Shown: positions 1-8,082 of the stretch, piece after piece
Layout of the letters: each line of letters opens with the position of its first letter
Position numbering within the stretch: position 1 is the stretch's first letter
Notes under the pieces: model-generated
Databases searched by the model: none
What the model was told of the DNA's origin: nothing
What the model saw: only the letters and a program-made list of their open reading frames with translations
DNA from: a virus
Direction: 5' to 3' (one strand)
Length of the DNA: 47,764 bases
Virus record (IMG/VR): IMGVR_UViG_3300049033_000044
Coordinates: 1-47,764 of that record
Made by a program: the position numbers and the translations under genes

Positions 1-103
1 GCTCGCTGGAAATGCGTGATCGAAGATGATTGAGAATCTCATCCTCGATACCGATTTTCCGGAAGTCTTCCCAGACTTTCCGAAATTGTTCTTTTTTGCT
101 CAT
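1..103 (-). CDS. Redundant copy (via the contig overlap) of the first 34 codons of the 74-aa gene 47516..47740
   Basis: Same DNA as 47638..47740; ATG = complement of 101-103, RBS AAGGAA 5 nt upstream. Confidence 0.6.
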   Translation of the reverse strand, partial: MSKKEQFRKVWEDFRKIGIEDEILNHLRSRISSE

Positions 104-127
104 GGCGATTCCTTGTTGCGTCCGGCG
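1..127. repeat. Terminal overlap of a circularly closed contig (nt 1-127 identical to nt 47638-47764); unit genome 47,637 bp
   Basis: Base-by-base comparison of both window ends. The ORF 47516..47740 runs through the junction and its ATG reappears at nt 103..101. 127 nt equals a common assembler k-mer, so this is most simply an assembly closure overlap, not proof of physical terminal repeats. Confidence 0.95.
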
Positions 128-354
128 TCGAGCCGTGAGTTTCCCTCGGCATTCCAGTGATTCGATCGGACTGCGCTCCCGGTGACCGCTTCGGCTCGGC
201 TACGCCTCGCCCGGTCACCTCCGCTTGTCCTTCGCTCGAATCACTGGAACCTTTGCCTCGGTGACAACGCTCCGGGCACTAATCGCGTTGCTCCATCCTT
301 CGCCCCTCTGCGAGGGGCTCGGCTGAATCAAGCTTACGTGCCCTCCGGCTTTTG
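104..354 (-). promoter_or_regulatory. 251-nt non-coding, strongly structured leader/intergenic element upstream of the scaffold-capsid gene block
   Basis: No credible ORF on the transcribed strand. Nested perfect inverted repeats at 152-165/236-249 (14 bp) and 181-188/212-219 (8 bp). Hairpin GCCCCTC-tgc-GAGGGGC at 302-318. Confidence 0.5.
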
Positions 355-358
355 TCAA
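331..358 (-). promoter_or_regulatory. sigma70-like promoter candidate TTGACA-N16-TAAGCT
   Basis: -35 TTGACA = complement of 353-358 (overlaps the TGA stop of the 90-aa gene). -10 TAAGCT = complement of 331-336. The spacer is 16 nt. Confidence 0.35.
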
Positions 359-627
359 CTCACTGGTCTCTCCTGGGCCGCCTTGATTTGAGTTGTCGAT
401 TCAAACCAAAAGTGAATAGGCATGACTCGGTGTTGGCTGGGGAGAATATCCTCCTCCCCAGAGCGACGTTCGTAAACGACAAACTTGACGCGTTCGTCGG
501 TCCAGAGCGGATCATCTTTCTTGAGTCTGACTCGGGCTTCACCGAGTTCAGTGGATGATCCGTCCAGCGGTACGGAAGCAAAGAGCAGTCCGTCATCGCA
601 GGGGACGTTGAAGAGTGCGCGCCGCAT
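355..627 (-). CDS. hypothetical protein (90 aa)
   Basis: ORF track 355..678. Start moved to ATG 627..625, directly after the portal stop (629-631), which removes a 50-nt overlap. Confidence 0.55.
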   Translation of the reverse strand: MRRALFNVPCDDGLLFASVPLDGSSTELGEARVRLKKDDPLWTDERVKFVVYERRSGEEDILPSQHRVMPIHFWFESTTQIKAAQERPVS

Positions 628-628
628 T

Positions 629-2569
629 TTATCCCCCGATTCCCGGCATTGCCATTGGTGTTGGACTCGATGCTCCATTTGCCTGCGGCCCTCCTGCGGC
701 AGCTGCCGGATCGACAGGTGCTTCGTTGGTCAGAGTCTTCTGCATGAGGAACTCGCCGAGATCCGTGCCGATACTGAGCAAAGCGGAATACAAGGTCCAG
801 AGTCCCTGCATATCGAATGCCTGCGCTGCAGATGGGTTTTGAATCAGAGCAAAGATCAGGCTGCGCACCTGCTCGGCTGCTGCTTCGCGAACCATCTGGC
901 CGAGACCACTGCTGAGGACGTCGTTGATTTCCTCGGTAGTCATCTCCTTGAATCGACCGGCTTTGGTCTTGTCATTGTTGACGATGTTGCGGAACATAGC
1001 ACGACGAGTCGGCATCATCAGCGAAGAGTCAAGCATTCGGGCGAACATGTGCAGCTTGCGCATGGCACCCTGCATGACAGCCGTCACCTGATTCGTCACG
1101 GCTCGGTCGATCGAAGCAACCTGCTGCGGCAAAGCCTGATTCGGGAAGAACTGGCGCATTAACTCAAGAATGCTGCCGGCATCACGAACGTTGTTCGACG
1201 TGTCGGTTGCGTTGTTCTGCACTTTGGTGAACGCTGTGCGAACATCTTGACCGGGTTTCTTTGTCGGAATCACGCCAGCGACTTCGCCCGGACGAACCTT
1301 GCTTGCGTCGATAACTGACGGGTCGTATACCGTCGTGCCATAAACAGAGCCGCGAAGATTCGCAACGTGCGTGTTGATCAGAAATGATGAAAAGCGACCG
1401 AACGGACGAATCAGCTCGGCCAAACTCCGAGCGGCTTCGTGCAACTGATCCACGCGCATACGTCCGAGATAAATCGGAATCTCGACGGCATTGTCGATTT
1501 CTTCCATGTGCACGACGTACATGCAGTCGACGATCTTGACTCGGTACAACGCAAGCGGATTCAGACCTTCGTAGTCAATGTCAAACTGCTCACGATTGAT
1601 CCAGATGTAGACGTTGATCACTTCGTGGCCGCGCACTTGAATCGACGACGTTGCCTTCGAGCCGAGTCCAAACGAACCCCACTGATCTTCAGTCATCGAC
1701 GCGCCATTCTCGCCCAACTCAGAACGACCGTCGGCGCCATCGGGCTCGATCTTGGATTCGCTATACGGCGAGCGGAAGTGACTCGCGTCGGTCCTGGACT
1801 TGTCGACGTTGTCGCCTTTCTTGGTGTCGAGCAACTTCGTCAGATGCGCAAAGCCCTGCTTGGTTCCTTCGCGAATCAGCCAGAAGCGATTCTTGAGCTC
1901 GATATAGCCGGCCCATTCAGCTTCCTTGTAAACCTTACGGACGTCTTCGACGCTGGGGTCCCAGATGGTATTGTACATGTCAAGACCGCGCAGGACGTTT
2001 CCAGATTCACCGTCCGGATTCGGTTCTTGCCAGCAGAGTTCGAATCCGCCAAGATTGTACTTGCAGAGCGAACGCATCGTGAACGCGACCGACGAGAAAT
2101 AGTCGGAGGACTTAGAATCCTGATTCATGATGTCGACGAGAGTCTTGATGGACTCGGACGATGTGCGCTTGGCTGGATTCGCGTAGAAGCTGCCGCCGAT
2201 CGGAGCGAAGACGTCAGCGAAGAACGCACTCGTGTCTTCGACGTGAGCTTCGGCCACTGGCAGATTCATTGGAATCGCTTGCGAACGGCCGGTTGATTCT
2301 TCGGTCTTGTCCCGGAACGAATCCTCGGGCGAAAGCTTCTGCCAAGTCGACAGCGAAAGATCAGTGCGGCCGTAGCGACCTAGCCGACGGAGTCGCGACG
2401 TCTTATCATCATCGACTCGTGCCAGCACATGGTCACGAATCTGATGGTGGAACATTTCATCTTCTTCCAAGCGCTCATTCAGGCTGGGTGGATTCGCAGC
2501 AGGCTCAAACTGATCCTCCTCGAATTCCATCAGGTGAGCGCCCAGAGTCGTAACATTGGTGCCTAACAT
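629..2569 (-). CDS. portal protein (646 aa)
   Basis: Large ORF immediately downstream of the large terminase and upstream of scaffold and capsid; size typical of podovirus portals. Start set to ATG 2569, preceded by AGGAGG (complement of 2575-2580); the track start 2617 would overlap terL by 38 nt. Assigned by synteny and size, not by motif. Confidence 0.7.
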   Translation of the reverse strand: MLGTNVTTLGAHLMEFEEDQFEPAANPPSLNERLEEDEMFHHQIRDHVLARVDDDKTSRLRRLGRYGRTDLSLSTWQKLSPEDSFRDKTEESTGRSQAIPMNLPVAEAHVEDTSAFFADVFAPIGGSFYANPAKRTSSESIKTLVDIMNQDSKSSDYFSSVAFTMRSLCKYNLGGFELCWQEPNPDGESGNVLRGLDMYNTIWDPSVEDVRKVYKEAEWAGYIELKNRFWLIREGTKQGFAHLTKLLDTKKGDNVDKSRTDASHFRSPYSESKIEPDGADGRSELGENGASMTEDQWGSFGLGSKATSSIQVRGHEVINVYIWINREQFDIDYEGLNPLALYRVKIVDCMYVVHMEEIDNAVEIPIYLGRMRVDQLHEAARSLAELIRPFGRFSSFLINTHVANLRGSVYGTTVYDPSVIDASKVRPGEVAGVIPTKKPGQDVRTAFTKVQNNATDTSNNVRDAGSILELMRQFFPNQALPQQVASIDRAVTNQVTAVMQGAMRKLHMFARMLDSSLMMPTRRAMFRNIVNNDKTKAGRFKEMTTEEINDVLSSGLGQMVREAAAEQVRSLIFALIQNPSAAQAFDMQGLWTLYSALLSIGTDLGEFLMQKTLTNEAPVDPAAAAGGPQANGASSPTPMAMPGIGG

Positions 2570-2579
2570 TAACCCCTCC

Positions 2580-4121
2580 TTAGAACGGGACGTGTTGAAG
2601 TTCATTGACGTAATCACCAGTTGAATCGCCTTGCATTAGCGCCATGCGCTGGTGAAGCAAACCACTCGATTCAATAATGGTGCCGGCATCTGCCCAGACG
2701 ATTGCACCGTAGGCCGCAGAGTCCGGAAGATCGTCTTTGGCCTTTTCCTGCGTTGGATCGTAAAGCGCAAGACTCTGGAAGACTTCTTCCTCTTCTAGGG
2801 CAATGGCGTAGCTGCCAGTTGCCACAGAATTGACAAATGCCAAGATTCGAGACGCCTTGGCCTTACCACCGGATTGCAACCCGATGAACTCAAACAGGTG
2901 ACTCGGAATCTGCATAGCTTCCAGCTTGGCTTTGAACAGCGGAATCAGAAGCCGTTGAGCGGCCTGAGTCTCGATGCCCCATGCTGAAAGATTCCAATAG
3001 TAGCTAAGCTCCAAGAATATGTCCAGAAGCTTATCCTCGCCACAGCGAACCACTCGATGGTCGACGATGATGGGCTGAGTAAGCTCAGGAATCTTGACAT
3101 GCACTGTGAACGCCGAGTAGTCGTTGTACGCATTCTCCCCAAAAGCTGGGTCAAGAATGATAATGCCCTGAGTCACTTGATCCGGAACCGGGCGGCTGGG
3201 CCGATATGAATTGTGCATTTGAGTCTTGAACACGCTGTCGGCCGTGAGATTCATCATCTCATAAACCCAGACATGCCCAATACCCTTGGACCTATAATCA
3301 GCGTAATCAGCAAGTAGCGACTCTAGCGAATGCATACCCGGCCAAAGAGGTCGCAACTGACCGGTCAATCTGTCACGGATAATCGCGCCATAGACCGTTG
3401 GATTCCACTTTGGATCTTTCGACAGACGATAAAGTGCTGTCCGCTTGTTGACCATATTGCCGAGCATGATTCGAACAGATCGTTTTGCGGAGGCCTTCAA
3501 CAATGCGCCAAAAAACCACTGGTCATGCTTTGCTTGAGTCTTGTCGTCAGCACTCGTGTTGTAGTCTTCACAGTCGTCAATGATGACAATCTCTGGACGC
3601 TTATTCCCAATTAGAGTCCCGCGAACCTGTTGATCCGCGCCAAGAGCTTTGAGCAGAATGTACTTGCGCGGATTTGTCGGCGTACCGATTTCCATGATCC
3701 ACAGCTGTTCTGAGTCGTTGGATTTGAGAACTCGCGAAGGACCCCAAACTGTTTGATCGTCATCACTCGTTAGCCAAGCAAGAATGTCTTTGCAGGCATT
3801 CTTTGCAATACCTGCCGTCAGACTCGCGTAAAGCGCAAAACTGAATCGAGAGAAACGCAAAAACAGAATCACCGCTAGCTTGGTAATGGTTGATTTAGCA
3901 TGTCCGCGCGGCACGCAGAACAACTTGTGCAGGTGGCCGACGATGAAATCGGGAGAGTTGACTTGATCTAGAATCTCAAGCAACTCATCCCAAATCTCTT
4001 CGTGCAGCTGCGGGACTTCCAAGTCAAGTTCGTCTTTCAAATAGAAAGCCAGAACCGACACCACATCATTTCGCAGTGCCGTTCGAAGTTCTGCGATGTC
4101 GACTCTGACATTGACTTCCAT
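2580..4121 (-). CDS. terL: terminase large subunit (513 aa)
   Basis: Walker A-like CVPRGHAKST and Walker B-like PEIVIIDDCED in the N-terminal half; C-terminal nuclease-like half (GIIILDPAFGEN...). ATG 4121 overlaps the upstream stop (TGATG) and is preceded by GAGGAAG. Confidence 0.85.
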   Translation of the reverse strand: MEVNVRVDIAELRTALRNDVVSVLAFYLKDELDLEVPQLHEEIWDELLEILDQVNSPDFIVGHLHKLFCVPRGHAKSTITKLAVILFLRFSRFSFALYASLTAGIAKNACKDILAWLTSDDDQTVWGPSRVLKSNDSEQLWIMEIGTPTNPRKYILLKALGADQQVRGTLIGNKRPEIVIIDDCEDYNTSADDKTQAKHDQWFFGALLKASAKRSVRIMLGNMVNKRTALYRLSKDPKWNPTVYGAIIRDRLTGQLRPLWPGMHSLESLLADYADYRSKGIGHVWVYEMMNLTADSVFKTQMHNSYRPSRPVPDQVTQGIIILDPAFGENAYNDYSAFTVHVKIPELTQPIIVDHRVVRCGEDKLLDIFLELSYYWNLSAWGIETQAAQRLLIPLFKAKLEAMQIPSHLFEFIGLQSGGKAKASRILAFVNSVATGSYAIALEEEEVFQSLALYDPTQEKAKDDLPDSAAYGAIVWADAGTIIESSGLLHQRMALMQGDSTGDYVNELQHVPF

Positions 4122-4930
4122 CACTTCCTCACAATATCGTCAGACATGGTAGAAAGAGTCCCGATGTCCTCAGGCCCAAGCATCTCGATCGTGTCCGACA
4201 GTCTTGTCGACTCACCATCAATAACTTTCTCGCGCCCAAGTTGTTTCACGGTTCGCTGAGTCAGAGTCAACTGAATCGTTCCCAGCGAACCGGGGCCTGG
4301 AAGCTCGGGAGGAGAGCCATCCGACCCATACTGATTGATGTTGACCTGGACTCCGCCAGGGACTGTCGGCTGATTCATACCCGTTTTCCTCGTTGCGGAG
4401 TTCGCCACCTTCGCCACAGCCAAGATGTCACTCGCAGTGCTGACTCGCCCAGTCTCTACGAGCTTGGTGAGCTTTTTGAGCGCGGCATGTTCGAGCCGAT
4501 CCCAGTCGAAACCTCTTTTCCTCAGCGATTCCCTCTCAAGAAGCGCATCGAATCGCTTTGCAGACCACTCGGTGGGATTTGTAGCCTCCACCAGCATTTG
4601 AAGCTCGGGAATTGACGTCCGGAGTCGCTTAGCGAGCGCCACCATTGACTCAGAATCCCAATTCTCATCGCCATCCAGATACGCATCGAGGATATGCGTC
4701 TGAATCTCGCCCCAAGGAAGCCAATCGGCCACGGCCCCACCACTTACCGGGGCTATTTCTGCTGGCTGACTCACACGAGTGGGGTCATTTGCGCCTACCC
4801 CCTCCCCTTCCGCATTTTCTCCCTGAATCAGAAGATCAATCTCCTCTTGATTCATAGCCAAAACTTCATCGAGGGCAGCCTCAGCATCAAACGACCCCAT
4901 GGGCGCATCGAACTGACTGAATCTATTCAT
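4121..4930 (-). CDS. hypothetical protein (269 aa); positional candidate for the small terminase subunit
   Basis: Directly upstream of and translationally coupled to terL. Strong RBS GAGGAGG before ATG 4930. No motif-level support for the function. Confidence 0.55.
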   Translation of the reverse strand: MNRFSQFDAPMGSFDAEAALDEVLAMNQEEIDLLIQGENAEGEGVGANDPTRVSQPAEIAPVSGGAVADWLPWGEIQTHILDAYLDGDENWDSESMVALAKRLRTSIPELQMLVEATNPTEWSAKRFDALLERESLRKRGFDWDRLEHAALKKLTKLVETGRVSTASDILAVAKVANSATRKTGMNQPTVPGGVQVNINQYGSDGSPPELPGPGSLGTIQLTLTQRTVKQLGREKVIDGESTRLSDTIEMLGPEDIGTLSTMSDDIVRK

Positions 4931-5250
4931 CTGAGCCTCCTCGACTCTCTAAAATCACTACCACCAACACCCCCTAGGGCGCAGCCCTGAGTCCCGAGTG
5001 CGCACACTACACGTGGAGTTCTAGGGGCCATATTAATCCCGTGGAGTCCGGCGGAGAATTGGGGGGTATACCCCCCGGCACAACCGAAAAGCGACCCAAG
5101 GGGGAGCGTCGCGAATCGAAGATGAGCCAACATGCGTCGCAGACTCCGTTCAAATCGGAGCGAGCGAAGCGAGCGGAGCAAACTGATTCATCGTGATATT
5201 ATGGTATAGAGTCAGACATATATTTCAATGCCTGACTCTACAGGTTCGGT
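4931..5250 (-). promoter_or_regulatory. 320-nt non-coding leader between the leftward early mini-operon and the terminase/structural genes
   Basis: The only ORF here is an Arg/Leu-rich TTG-started shadow ORF (4927..5181). Structures present: G6-TATA-C6 perfect palindrome 5061-5076; hairpin CTCCG-TTCAAAT-CGGAG 5144-5160; 7-bp inverted repeat CCCCTAG/CTAGGGG 4971-4977/5021-5027; 9-bp inverted repeat 5207-5215/5232-5240. Confidence 0.5.
5201..5240 (-). promoter_or_regulatory. promoter candidate TTGAAA-N16-TACCAT bracketed by a 9-bp inverted repeat
   Basis: -35 = complement of 5223-5228. -10 = complement of 5201-5206. Arms TAGAGTCAG (5207-5215) and CTGACTCTA (5232-5240) flank the -35 and spacer; alternatively they form an RNA hairpin after the 62-aa gene. 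Confidence 0.3.
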
Positions 5251-5439
5251 TCATTGCGGCACTGAGGCTTGCCACCATGCGTAATGAGTCAGAAGACCAA
5301 TCGCGCCAAAGAGAAATAGCTTTGCGAGATTCGCATTGCCTTCGAAGGTGCGGCCAACTGCGTGCAACTCAAGAGAGGCAAAGCCGCAAATCAAGGCGGC
5401 GGCGTAAGAAATGATTCCAAGCCAGAATAGGATATCCAT
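5251..5439 (-). CDS. small membrane protein (62 aa, two hydrophobic helices)
   Basis: ORF track; sequences ILFWLGIISYAAALICGFA and LFLFGAIGLLTHYAWW; tightly packed after the upstream gene (stop 5443-5445). Confidence 0.6.
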   Translation of the reverse strand: MDILFWLGIISYAAALICGFASLELHAVGRTFEGNANLAKLFLFGAIGLLTHYAWWQASVPQ

Positions 5440-5442
5440 GAT

Positions 5443-5646
5443 TCAGCGTCCCTGCATCTTGAGTTGGAATTGACGTGCAAGCTCCAAGGCTGATTCGAGC
5501 TCATCGATTGCCTGTTGCAGCATCTGGCCATGCGAATGAACGTTGACCGGTGCAAGCTGCTCGGCATTAGCGAGTTGCACTAGCAAGCGGCTTGCCTGAG
5601 TGGTTGCGTAGCAAGCTTGCAATGGTTTGTTGGTTGTCAGTTTCAT
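5443..5646 (-). CDS. hypothetical protein (67 aa, helical)
   Basis: ORF track 5443..5688. Start moved to ATG 5646 (RBS GGGGAG/GAGAG upstream), 5 nt after the upstream stop (5652-5654). Confidence 0.55.
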   Translation of the reverse strand: MKLTTNKPLQACYATTQASRLLVQLANAEQLAPVNVHSHGQMLQQAIDELESALELARQFQLKMQGR

Positions 5647-5651
5647 GACTC

Positions 5652-5930
5652 TCACTCCCCACAAAGCAGGTTGAAGAGGATGGCCCACGATGTGCCTTCG
5701 AAGGCCTTAGCCTCGATTCGGTGGCTTACTGCAACTTCAAATGATCCATTCTGGATTACGTTGACGTACCAGTCATGCGCGTTCATTGGTCCCTGAGTCC
5801 AGAGGAGATATGTAAGAATCTCCATGTATTCAGCCACGACATTCGGATTCGACGGGCCAAGCGGATACCAACGACCATTCGGGTTGCGGTTGTCGGCGGG
5901 GTTCAATTCACAAGCGATTTGCATATCCAT
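5652..5930 (-). CDS. hypothetical protein (92 aa)
   Basis: ORF track; first gene after the terminator at 5993-6031. Confidence 0.55.
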   Translation of the reverse strand: MDMQIACELNPADNRNPNGRWYPLGPSNPNVVAEYMEILTYLLWTQGPMNAHDWYVNVIQNGSFEVAVSHRIEAKAFEGTSWAILFNLLCGE

Positions 5931-5992
5931 GACTCCAAAGGCGTGATTGCCTTGAATCAGAATACAGGAATCTGCATTGAATACAAGTCTCT

Positions 5993-6031
5993 AAAAACAA
6001 AAAGAGCCGCAAGGTGTTATCCCTGCGACTC
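5993..6031 (-). terminator. rho-independent terminator after the 309-aa early gene
   Basis: On the - strand: 8-bp stem GAGUCGCA/UGCGGCUC (one G-U pair; plus-strand 6024-6031 and 6004-6011), a 12-nt loop, then UUUUUGUUUUU (plus-strand A-run 5993-6003). Confidence 0.6.
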
Positions 6032-6058
6032 TCAAGATTGGTAGATGCTGGCCGATTC

Positions 6059-6988
6059 TTAGAAATCAATCTCGGCGGCGGCAGCAAGAGCCGTTTCATC
6101 GATCTTCGGCATCGTGTAGGTGAGGACCGTCGAATCGCGACCATCAACCCATGCAATGATTGCCGACGGATCAACCGGCGCTGGCTTACCATCGGTGTCC
6201 ATGAAATTCGGAGCGGCGGAGATCATGCCGCGCGCGATCTTCTCCCACATACCGATTGCTTCCATTGCCTGAGTCCGTGGGTTGGCCTTGGCATAGGCGG
6301 AGGAACGAATCGACTTGATAACGTCAGCCTTCGGAATCCCGACAAGCGCACCATGCACGGCCGGGGCCTTCGTCTTGAGAACGCCTTCCTTGAAGGGCTG
6401 CCACAGGGAATCAAAGGCTTCGGTATCGCCGGCGATCGATTCACGGGCGCTGCTGATGATATCTTCGATGGTTGCGGGCATTCCGGCAACAACCGTCTTG
6501 AAGTCGTCGGCGGTGAGGTCGGGCTGGCGCAGATTCGAAAACGCAACGTCAATGGCTTCCCGTTCGATCAGCTTTGCGATCCAGTCGCGAACCTTGGCAT
6601 CTTCGAGTCGTTCAAGGAAGTTGTCGGCGGTCGGGGCTTCGAAGACGACGATTGCCTTGACTCCATTGGTGTTGGACTTCTTGTCGCGGACGCCGACGGT
6701 TGCGACGCAAACCTGCTCGGCGGCTTCGATTCCATCGGCTCGCATAGAGAGTTCGACGCCGAAGAACGGATTGCCTTCGGAATCGGCGGTCTTGGCTGCA
6801 ACGGCTTCAATGTGTGCTGCGGCCTGTTCATAGGCGGATTCAGTCACAGTGGACTTGCCGCCCTTGTCGTCGGTCACTTCGACGTCGCGAGTCGTGAAGA
6901 ATACACGTGCGCCGCCCAATTCGTTGTTCAGGGTGCGAATCTGTTCTTTGTTCAGAAGAACGTTGAGTGCGGAGTTGTTCGTGGTCAT
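6059..6988 (-). CDS. hypothetical early protein (309 aa), C-terminus ...AAAAEIDF
   Basis: ORF track; RBS GAAGGGA before ATG 6988; coding-like GC3-rich codons; followed by its own intrinsic terminator. Confidence 0.75.
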   Translation of the reverse strand: MTTNNSALNVLLNKEQIRTLNNELGGARVFFTTRDVEVTDDKGGKSTVTESAYEQAAAHIEAVAAKTADSEGNPFFGVELSMRADGIEAAEQVCVATVGVRDKKSNTNGVKAIVVFEAPTADNFLERLEDAKVRDWIAKLIEREAIDVAFSNLRQPDLTADDFKTVVAGMPATIEDIISSARESIAGDTEAFDSLWQPFKEGVLKTKAPAVHGALVGIPKADVIKSIRSSAYAKANPRTQAMEAIGMWEKIARGMISAAPNFMDTDGKPAPVDPSAIIAWVDGRDSTVLTYTMPKIDETALAAAAEIDF

Positions 6989-7119
6989 GGTCTGATTCCC
7001 TTCGTGGAATGTTGATGTGAGTCAGTCGACTCGGTTGCGAATCACTCTCTGCGATCCGTGATTAGAAGTATGCCAGCGATTTCGCAGATTGCAAGTACCA
7101 AAATGCGATTTTTCGGCGA

Positions 7120-7848
7120 CTACTCGATTTTTTGCATTTTTTCCGGGCTGGACTCTCCGGCGGGCGCGCCCGGCTGGCCCCGAAATTGGCCCGAGTCTGC
7201 AGCCGTTTTTGGCGCAGCCCCTGAATCACCTGCTAGCAATGGTTTGCCGAGTTGCATTGCAATGTCGTCACGGTCTTGAGTCAGTCGAGCGACGGTTCGG
7301 TTCAGTTGGTCGATGCGAGTGCGATTCAATAGAATCTCTTCGTTCAGAGCCGTCAGCATTTCGGCGAGCCGAGTCTGTTCGCGCTCTCGCATACGATTCT
7401 CTCGCTCCATCCACGTGACATTATTCTTCTCTGCTCGTGCGTCGTCGACGTTGAATGTCCACTGACTCACAATCACGAATGCGTCGAGAAATGTGGGCTG
7501 ACGTTCGATGAGCTGATTCCACAGAATTTCCGATTTCGTGCTCTTGCCCAGCATTCCGAAGCAGGCACGAGTCAGCTGATCGAATCGAACACTTGGTTCA
7601 TTGTCCTCGGGATAGGTATACCCGAGTCTGTGCAAGTTCTCGCGAATAGCAATGTACTGAGTTTTAAGCACTGACTCAGTCTTTGGAATCCCCGGCGATC
7701 CACATGCTGCCGCCAGATACTGCCACTTGTTCATCAACAAACTGATGAATCCAGCGGGTGTTCTCCGATACGAGTGAGAGAGTGTGTGCGTCGTGACTCG
7801 CTGCAATATTCCATGCGCGGCCTCCAACATCGTCATATTGCGTGCCAT
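7120..7848 (-). CDS. hypothetical early protein (242 aa) with C-terminal coiled-coil-like region
   Basis: ORF track 7120..7881 (GTG). Start moved to ATG 7848, preceded by AGGAG 8 nt upstream. First gene of the leftward arm. Confidence 0.7.
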   Translation of the reverse strand: MARNMTMLEAAHGILQRVTTHTLSHSYRRTPAGFISLLMNKWQYLAAACGSPGIPKTESVLKTQYIAIRENLHRLGYTYPEDNEPSVRFDQLTRACFGMLGKSTKSEILWNQLIERQPTFLDAFVIVSQWTFNVDDARAEKNNVTWMERENRMREREQTRLAEMLTALNEEILLNRTRIDQLNRTVARLTQDRDDIAMQLGKPLLAGDSGAAPKTAADSGQFRGQPGAPAGESSPEKMQKIE

Positions 7849-7875
7849 TGAATCGTCTCCTATTTCCGTGTGCAT

Positions 7876-7887
7876 ACGCACGTGCGT
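7876..7887. promoter_or_regulatory. perfect 12-bp palindrome ACGCACGTGCGT in the leftward 5' leader (possible operator)
   Basis: Read directly. Lies between the predicted start site (~7959) and the RBS (7857-7861). Confidence 0.3.
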
Positions 7888-7965
7888 GATTCTAGAATGA
7901 GTAGCGACTATGCAGGTTCAAGGGTGCGGGATTATTGCCTATTTTACCCCTCCCCTACGGCTCAA

Positions 7966-7993
7966 AGTATACGCCTACAGAATTTCCTGTCAA
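7966..7993 (-). promoter_or_regulatory. leftward sigma70-type promoter TTGACA-N16-TATACT
   Basis: -35 = complement of 7988-7993 (consensus). -10 = complement of 7966-7971 (5/6 match to TATAAT). Sits in the divergent control region ~110 nt upstream of the first leftward gene. Confidence 0.6.
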
Positions 7994-8082
7994 TGTTTGA
8001 TCTACTAACAAAAACCCTATTTCTGGGAAGCGAATAAATTCTGTGATTTCACTACGGAAATTCAAGGGCTGGTGACTCAATG

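Noticed and set aside
1-127. 127-bp direct terminal repeat as the physical genome ends (T7-like DTR)
   Set aside because: The length equals a standard assembler k-mer and the repeat cuts through a coding sequence (47516-47740). This is expected for arbitrary linearisation of a circular or permuted assembly, not for true DTRs. The real termini cannot be inferred from this sequence alone.
152-249. Flanking inverted repeats enclosing an internal hairpin, reminiscent of retron msr/msd a1/a2 repeats or MITE/IS terminal inverted repeats
   Set aside because: No reverse transcriptase or transposase is present anywhere in the genome, there are no target-site duplications, and the element lies in a transcribed leader. 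A regulatory RNA or DNA site is more parsimonious.
5144-5160. tRNA-like T-arm (5-bp stem CTCCG/CGGAG with loop TTCAAAT) on the + strand
   Set aside because: I could not build an acceptor stem: no complement to CGAGCGA lies ~65 nt upstream. I also could not build an anticodon arm. The orientation is opposite to all surrounding transcription. It is kept only as a hairpin within the leader.
4927-5181. 84-aa TTG-started ORF on the - strand inside the 320-nt leader (also 182-391, 352-558 and 485-1162 on the + strand near the other leader)
   Set aside because: These are Arg/Leu/Ser-rich low-complexity translations without an RBS. They overlap strong DNA/RNA palindromes and neighbouring gene starts, and the + strand ones run against the direction of transcription.
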